The notes under the pieces are model-generated. The model was not told the DNA's origin, searched no databases, and saw only the letters and a list, made by a program, of their open reading frames with translations. Of a stretch of DNA of 29,766 bases, positions 24,652 through 29,766 are shown piece after piece (positions within the stretch are counted from its first letter, which is position 1; each line of letters begins with the position of its first letter). The stretch lies in the IMG/VR virus record IMGVR_UViG_2541047966_000011, positions 1 to 29,766 of that record; one strand, written 5' to 3'. The translations under genes were made by a program, and so were the position numbers. The DNA is from a virus. Lineage: Duplodnaviria > Heunggongvirae > Uroviricota > Caudoviricetes.

Positions 24652-25208
24652 AACTGACGCCTGTTATTGCTGCGCTGCGTGCCCGCTGCCCGTATTTTGA
24701 AAACCGGGTGGCAGGCGCGGCACAGTTCAAAAATCTGCCGGAGGTCGGAAAGCTGAGACTCCCGGCGGCGTATGTGGTACCGGGTGATGACTCTCCGGGA
24801 GAAAACAAAAGCCAGACCGACTACTGGCAGGAGCTGAAAGAGGGCTTCTCCGTGGTTGTCATACTGAGTAACGGGCGTGATGAGCGCGGTCAGTTTGCCT
24901 CGTATGATGTGGTGGACGATGTCCGGCAGATGCTCTTTAAGGCCCTGCTGGGCTGGAACCCGGAAGCGTGCGGTAACCCGATTACCTATGACGGCGGCAC
25001 GCTGCTGGATCTGAATCGTCATGAGCTGATTTATCAGTTCGATTTTTCGGTCATCAGCGAGCTGACTGAAGACGATACCCGCCAGCAGGATGAGCTGAAC
25101 AGTCTGGATGAACTGCGAACGCTGGCGATTGATGTTGATTATCTCGATCCCGGTAACGGGCCTGACGGCGATATCGAACATCACACCGAAATAACCCTTC
25201 CTTCCTGA
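24648..25208 (+). CDS. putative tail completion/terminator protein upstream of sheath
   Basis: 186 aa, acidic C-terminus, start overlaps the previous stop (ATGA). Assignment by position only. Confidence 0.45.
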   Translation: MKLTPVIAALRARCPYFENRVAGAAQFKNLPEVGKLRLPAAYVVPGDDSPGENKSQTDYWQELKEGFSVVVILSNGRDERGQFASYDVVDDVRQMLFKALLGWNPEACGNPITYDGGTLLDLNRHELIYQFDFSVISELTEDDTRQQDELNSLDELRTLAIDVDYLDPGNGPDGDIEHHTEITLPS

Positions 25209-25216
25209 GGATCATC

Positions 25217-25387
25217 ATGTTTGTGAAACCTGTTAAAGGGCGGTCGGTACCTGACCCTGCCCGCGGCGACCTTTTGCCCGCCGAGGGGCGAAATGTTGAT
25301 GAGAACAACTACTGGCTGCGCCGTGAAGCAGTGGGTGATATCCGGCGCGTGAATGAAAAGGTGAATACCGATGACGATAAGCTTTAA
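25217..25387 (+). CDS. small hypothetical protein (56 aa)
   Basis: Not in the ORF track. ATG at 25217 after GAGGA; translation MFVKPVKGRSVPDPARGDLLPAEGRNVDENNYWLRREAVGDIRRVNEKVNTDDDKL; overlaps the sheath start. Confidence 0.4.
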   Translation: MFVKPVKGRSVPDPARGDLLPAEGRNVDENNYWLRREAVGDIRRVNEKVNTDDDKL

Positions 25388-26867
25388 CACCATTCCGTCG
25401 AATACGCTGGTTCCGCTGTTTTATGCGGAAATGGATAACTCGGCGGCGAATACTGCACAGGACAGCGGAGCATCACTGCTGATTGGTCATGCCAATAACG
25501 GTGCAGAGATTGTTGCCAACAGTCTGGTGCTGATGCCGTCGGCAGACTATGCACGTCAGATTTGTGGTGCGGGAAGTCAGCTGGCGCGTATGGTCGAGGC
25601 TTATCGCCAGACCGACCCGTTTGGTGAGCTGTATGTGATTGCCGTTCCTGAATCCACGGGCGCGGCGGCAACGGTTACGCTGACGGTGACCGGGGCGGCA
25701 ACCGAAACCGGCACGGTAAATGTTTATGTGGGACGTACCCGCGTGCAGGCACCGGTGACCAACGGCGATAACGTCGCGACGATTGCCAGCAATATCAAGG
25801 ATGCCATCAATGCCGTTCCGGCTCTGCCGTTTACGGCCTCATCTTCGGCAGGTGTGGTCACGCTGACCGCGCGTCATAAGGGGCTTTGCGGGAATGAAAT
25901 TCCTGTCAGCCTCAATTACTACGGCTTTGGTGGGGGCGAAGTGCTGCCAGCGGGCGTACAGATTGCCGTGGCGGCGGGGACCGCCGGAACGGGCGCTCCT
26001 GTTCTCACCGGCGCGGTGGCTGCAATGGCGGATGAGCCGTTTGATTATATCGGTCTGCCGTTCAACGACACTGCCTCCGTTAACACGCTGGTGACCGAGA
26101 TGAACGATACCAGCGGTCGCTGGAGCTATGCGCGTCAGCTGTATGGTCATGTGTATACGGCAAAGATCGGCACGTTGTCAGAACTGGTGACCGCAGGTGA
26201 TCAGTTTAACCAGCAGCACATTACCCTGGCGGGGTACGAAAAAGAGACCCAGACGCCTGCCGACGAGCTGGCGGCAAGCCGTACCGCCCGCGCAGCGGTG
26301 TTTATTCGCAACGATCCGGCACGTCCCACGCAGACCGGTGAGCTGGTGGGTATGCTGCCTGCGCCGAAGGGGAAACGGTTCACGATGACCGAACAACAGA
26401 CCCTGCTGTCTCATGGCGTGGCAACGGCGTATGTCGAAAGCGGGGTACTGCGCATTCAGCGTGATGTCACCACGTACAGGAAAAACGCTTACGGGGTTGC
26501 GGATAACAGCTACCTCGACAGTGAGACGCTGCATACCAGCGCGTATGTACTGCGCAAACTGAAATCCGTCATTACCAGTAAGTACGGGCGTCACAAGCTT
26601 GCCAGTGACGGTACCCGCTTTGGTCCCGGTCAGGCGATTGTCACCCCGGCGGTGATCAAAGGGGAACTGCTGGCAACCTACCGTCAGCTTGAGCGTGCGG
26701 GGATCGTGGAAAACTACGAACTGTTTAAGCAGTACCTGGTTGTGGAGCGTGATGCCAGCGATCCGAACCGCCTGAACACGCTGTTCCCGCCTGACTATGT
26801 TAACCAGTTGCGTGTCTTTGCCGTGGTTAACCAGTTCCGTCTTCAGTATTCAGAGGAGTCTGCATAA
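25371..26867 (+). CDS. contractile tail sheath protein
   Basis: 498 aa, followed by a ~118-aa tube gene, a frameshifted chaperone pair, a tape measure gene and a Mu N-like gene, the canonical myovirus order. Confidence 0.7.
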   Translation: MTISFNTIPSNTLVPLFYAEMDNSAANTAQDSGASLLIGHANNGAEIVANSLVLMPSADYARQICGAGSQLARMVEAYRQTDPFGELYVIAVPESTGAAATVTLTVTGAATETGTVNVYVGRTRVQAPVTNGDNVATIASNIKDAINAVPALPFTASSSAGVVTLTARHKGLCGNEIPVSLNYYGFGGGEVLPAGVQIAVAAGTAGTGAPVLTGAVAAMADEPFDYIGLPFNDTASVNTLVTEMNDTSGRWSYARQLYGHVYTAKIGTLSELVTAGDQFNQQHITLAGYEKETQTPADELAASRTARAAVFIRNDPARPTQTGELVGMLPAPKGKRFTMTEQQTLLSHGVATAYVESGVLRIQRDVTTYRKNAYGVADNSYLDSETLHTSAYVLRKLKSVITSKYGRHKLASDGTRFGPGQAIVTPAVIKGELLATYRQLERAGIVENYELFKQYLVVERDASDPNRLNTLFPPDYVNQLRVFAVVNQFRLQYSEESA

Positions 26868-27223
26868 TGGCCCGTATCGGGGGAACCTGTTATTTCAAAA
26901 TTGACGGTCAGCAGCTATCGCTGACCGGCGGCATTGAGGTGCCCATGAACAGGACGGTTAATGATGACATCATCGGCCTGGACGGTTCAGTGGACCGCAA
27001 GGAAACTCACCGTGCACCTTATGTCAAAGGGACCTTCAAGGTGCCGAAGAATTTTCCGGTGAGCAAAATCACCTCGTCTGATGAGATGACCATCACTGCC
27101 GAGCTGGCGAACGGTCAGGTCTATGTATTGTCGTCCGCCTGGCTGCACGGTGAAGCGAACCATAATGCCGAAGAAGGCACGGTTGATCTTGAGTTCCACG
27201 GTGAAGAAGGGGATTACCAGTAA
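26867..27223 (+). CDS. tail tube protein
   Basis: 118 aa immediately after the sheath; start overlaps the sheath stop (TAATG). Confidence 0.65.
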   Translation: MARIGGTCYFKIDGQQLSLTGGIEVPMNRTVNDDIIGLDGSVDRKETHRAPYVKGTFKVPKNFPVSKITSSDEMTITAELANGQVYVLSSAWLHGEANHNAEEGTVDLEFHGEEGDYQ

Positions 27224-27492
27224 TGAAAGAGCTTGAGTTAAAGAAACCGATTACTGCTCATGGCGAGACATTCTCCGTACTGGAGTTTGATGAGCCCACC
27301 GGGAAGGATGTCCGCGAGCTGGGGTATCCCTACCAGATGAATCAGGATGAGTCCGTCAGACTTCTGGCGCATGTGGTGTCGAAATACATTGTGCGGCTGG
27401 CGAAAGTGCCGCAAAGCTCTGTCGACCAGATGTCTCCGGCAGACCTGAATGCAGCGGCGTGGCTTGTGGCTGGTTTTTTCCTCCAGGCCTGA
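27223..27492 (+). CDS. tail assembly chaperone (short form)
   Basis: 89 aa between the tube and tape measure genes; start overlaps the tube stop. Confidence 0.65.
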   Translation: MKELELKKPITAHGETFSVLEFDEPTGKDVRELGYPYQMNQDESVRLLAHVVSKYIVRLAKVPQSSVDQMSPADLNAAAWLVAGFFLQA

Positions 27493-27641
27493 CGGCTGAA
27501 TACCTCACTGATCGCTTCTTTGACTGCGCCAGCTACTGGCGCATTAATCCTTTCGAATTGCTGAATATGCCGATCAGTGAAATTCCCTTACTGGTCAGTC
27601 AGGCAAACAGGATAGAGCAGGAGAAACGCACACATGGCTGA
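27459..27641 (+). CDS. tail assembly chaperone -1 frameshift extension (long form 27223..27641)
   Basis: Slippery heptamer T TTT TTC at 27474-27480 lies in the zero frame of the short chaperone, 12 nt before its stop. The -1 frame continues ...FFPPGLTAEY... to a stop at 27641, overlapping the tape measure start. Confidence 0.55.
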   Translation: MACGWFFPPGLTAEYLTDRFFDCASYWRINPFELLNMPISEIPLLVSQANRIEQEKRTHG

Positions 27642-29469
27642 ATTTGAGCTTAAGGCGTTGATCACCGGTGTCGACAGGCTTTCTCCCGCGCTGTCGAAAA
27701 TGCAAAAGAAAATCCGGGGATTTAAACGCCAGGCGGAAGAAGCGTCACAGGGTGGGCTGGCGCTTGGTGGCGGACTGGCAGCGGGTCTGACGCTTTCCCT
27801 GAAATCTTATGCCGATCAGGAAAACGCCGCCACCGGGCTGAAAGTCGCCATGATGGATGCGAACGGCGAGGTTGGAAAGAGCTTTCAGGACATCAATAAA
27901 CTGGCTATTGGCCTGGGTAACCAGCTACCTGGTACAACGGCTGATTTCCAGAACATGATGCAGATGCTGGTGCGTCAGGGGATCCCGGCAGAAAACATTC
28001 TGGGTGGTGTGGGTAAAGCGACAGCTTATCTTGCGGTACAACTGAAAAAAACACCGGAAGCGGCTGCTGAGTTTGCTGCAAAGATGCAGGATGCTACCGG
28101 AACGGCGTCAGAAGACATGATGGGGCTGTTCGACACTATCCAGAAGGCGTTTTATCTGGGCGTTGACGATACCAACATGTTGTCCTTCTTCACTAAAACC
28201 AGTTCTGTTCTGAAGATGGTGAATAAGGACGGACTTCAGGCTGCACAGAGCCTTGCCCCCATCAGCGTCATGATGGATCAGATGGGGATGAACGGGGAGT
28301 CGGCAGGTAATGCCCTGCGAAAAGTTATCCAGTCCGGATTAAGCGTTAAGAAAATCAGGGACGTTAATAAAGTTATGGCCCGCCAGAAACTCGGAGTGCA
28401 GCTCGATTTTACTGACGGCAAAGGAAGTTTTGGCGGTCTTGATAACATGTTCAGGCAACTGGCAAAGCTGCGAAAACTGACCGACGTTAAGCGAACAGGT
28501 GTACTTAAGGCAATATTTGGTGATGATGCCGAAACCCTTCAGGTGGTCAATGCACTAATCGATAAAGGAAAGGATGGCTACGATCAGATCCAGCAGAAGA
28601 TGAATAAACAGGCCAGCCTGAATAAACGTGTTCAGGCACAGCTTGGTACGCTGTCCAACCTGTGGGAGGCAATGACAGGGACCGCAACTAACGGCCTTGC
28701 GGCTATTGGCGGCGCATTTTCTGGTGACGCTAAAAATATCACACAATGGCTGGGGGAGTTGGGGGAGAAATTCACGAAGTTTGCGGATGAAAATCCCCGG
28801 GTTATTCGCGGCGTCGTCGGGCTTGCTGCCGGTCTTGCGATTCTGAAACTGGGATTGATGGGCGTTGGCGGTGCCATCAGTATTGTCAGCAGGATCATGT
28901 CGATGACGCCGATTGGCATGATTGCGACGGCGATAGCCCTGGCTGCGGGATTAATTATCACTAACTGGGATGTTGTCGGACCTTATTTCAAGAAACTCTG
29001 GGAAACCATTGGTCCTTATTTTGAGGCCGGCTGGGAACTCCTTAAGAAAGTTTTTGCCTGGTCGCCGCTGGGGATGGTGATCAATAACTGGGGGCCGGTT
29101 GTTAAGTGGTTTCAGGATATGTGGGACAAGCTGAAGCCAATTATTGAGTGGTTTACCGACAGTTCCGGTGACACGGTCGATGCCATTAACTCTGCGCAGT
29201 GGGGCGCGGGTGCTTATGATGCTTATGGGACGGGAATACCGGCGCGGGGATACACACCTTATCCGGCGGTGGATCCGGCTCAGTCAAACAACGCCTCCGG
29301 TGCCACAGGCCCGAATCCCTTCATGATTAACAAAGCTTCTGCGCCAAAAGTTGATGGTGAGATCAAGGTCTCTTTTGTGAATTCGCCTCCGGGTATGCGG
29401 GTTATGGAAACGCGATCCAGCGGTTTTGATGTCAGCCATGATGTTGGCTATACGCGCTTTGGCAGGTAA
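27634..29469 (+). CDS. tail tape measure protein
   Basis: 611 aa; Ala/Gly-rich helical protein with hydrophobic stretches, directly after the chaperone frameshift pair. Confidence 0.8.
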   Translation: MAEFELKALITGVDRLSPALSKMQKKIRGFKRQAEEASQGGLALGGGLAAGLTLSLKSYADQENAATGLKVAMMDANGEVGKSFQDINKLAIGLGNQLPGTTADFQNMMQMLVRQGIPAENILGGVGKATAYLAVQLKKTPEAAAEFAAKMQDATGTASEDMMGLFDTIQKAFYLGVDDTNMLSFFTKTSSVLKMVNKDGLQAAQSLAPISVMMDQMGMNGESAGNALRKVIQSGLSVKKIRDVNKVMARQKLGVQLDFTDGKGSFGGLDNMFRQLAKLRKLTDVKRTGVLKAIFGDDAETLQVVNALIDKGKDGYDQIQQKMNKQASLNKRVQAQLGTLSNLWEAMTGTATNGLAAIGGAFSGDAKNITQWLGELGEKFTKFADENPRVIRGVVGLAAGLAILKLGLMGVGGAISIVSRIMSMTPIGMIATAIALAAGLIITNWDVVGPYFKKLWETIGPYFEAGWELLKKVFAWSPLGMVINNWGPVVKWFQDMWDKLKPIIEWFTDSSGDTVDAINSAQWGAGAYDAYGTGIPARGYTPYPAVDPAQSNNASGATGPNPFMINKASAPKVDGEIKVSFVNSPPGMRVMETRSSGFDVSHDVGYTRFGR

Positions 29470-29493
29470 TGAAAAATTAATCTGTTAATGAGT

Positions 29494-29515
29494 CCCACTC
29501 CGGTGGGATTTTTTA
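29494..29515 (+). terminator. intrinsic terminator after the tape measure gene
   Basis: TCCCAC-tccg-GTGGGA followed by TTTTTT. Confidence 0.6.
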
Positions 29516-29529
29516 TGTACGGAGTTTAT

Positions 29530-29766
29530 ATGACGTGGAAAGACAGACTTCAGGACGCGTCATTTCGCGGTGTGCCGTTTAAGGTTGAAGAAGAAAGTGC
29601 GGGAACCGGTCGTCGTGTGGAAACGCACGAATACCCGAACCGCGACAAACCCTATACCGAAGACCTGGGGAAAATCACTTTCCGCCCGTCCATCACAGCT
29701 TATGTGGTGGGAGATGACTGCTTTGACCAGCGCGATCGCCTGATTGACGCGCTGAATAAACCCGGT
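29530..29766 (+). CDS. DNA circularization protein (Mu gpN-like), N-terminal part; 3' end truncated by the window
   Basis: ATG at 29530 after GGAG; N-terminus MTWKDRLQDASFRGVPFKVEEESAGTGRRVETHEYPNRDKPYTEDLG resembles Mu N-type proteins, which follow the tape measure gene. The ORF runs off the window end. Confidence 0.6.
   Translation, partial: MTWKDRLQDASFRGVPFKVEEESAGTGRRVETHEYPNRDKPYTEDLGKITFRPSITAYVVGDDCFDQRDRLIDALNKPG

Noticed and set aside
24594-25184. 196-aa minus-strand ORF across the tail terminator-like gene
   Set aside because: Antisense to a continuous plus-strand structural operon with coupled starts; composition typical of a shadow frame.
1-29766. SOS boxes (CTGT-N8-ACAG) as targets for the LexA-like protein, and tRNA or integrase genes
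   Set aside because: No convincing SOS-box match or tRNA cloverleaf signature was found by eye, and no integrase-like ORF is present in the window. A proper motif scan and a tRNA search would be needed to exclude them.

Overview
This window is one arm-to-arm slice of a lambdoid temperate phage or prophage of an enterobacterial host, and I found no single obviously novel system, only several candidates worth testing. Gene content resembles E. coli CPS-53/KpLE1 and SfV-type phages, with an HK97-like head and a Mu-like contractile tail. All calls rest on reading the supplied ORF translations and the raw sequence by eye; no database search or structure prediction was run, so family names are from memory and hedged. 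Layout, left to right: (1) an AT-rich plus-strand cargo pair (1-904) ending in a bidirectional terminator; (2) a minus-strand early-left operon (952-5759) with a PrtN-like regulator, DEDD exonuclease, three mosaic Ea22-like paralogs, an HD phosphohydrolase and YfdQ/YfdP-like proteins; (3) a ~660-bp structured leader (5778-6445); (4) the immunity region with an S24 CI-like repressor, Cro-like and CII-like genes (6446-8006); (5) replication and nin-like genes (8609-14647) including Rha, an O-like initiator with internal iteron-like repeats, a Dam-type methyltransferase, a LexA N-terminal-domain-only protein, RusA, KilA-N, DUF968-like and Q; (6) a late promoter/terminator module, lysis cassette and a low-GC moron (14648-17400); (7) HNH, terminase, portal, protease, capsid, connectors and a contractile tail with a -1 frameshifted chaperone (17452-29766). 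No integrase, attachment site, rRNA, tRNA or CRISPR array was recognised. The most interesting candidates are the truncated LexA-like protein, the AT-rich left-end cargo, the low-GC moron, the structured early-left leader and the 600-bp gap between the CII-like gene and rha.
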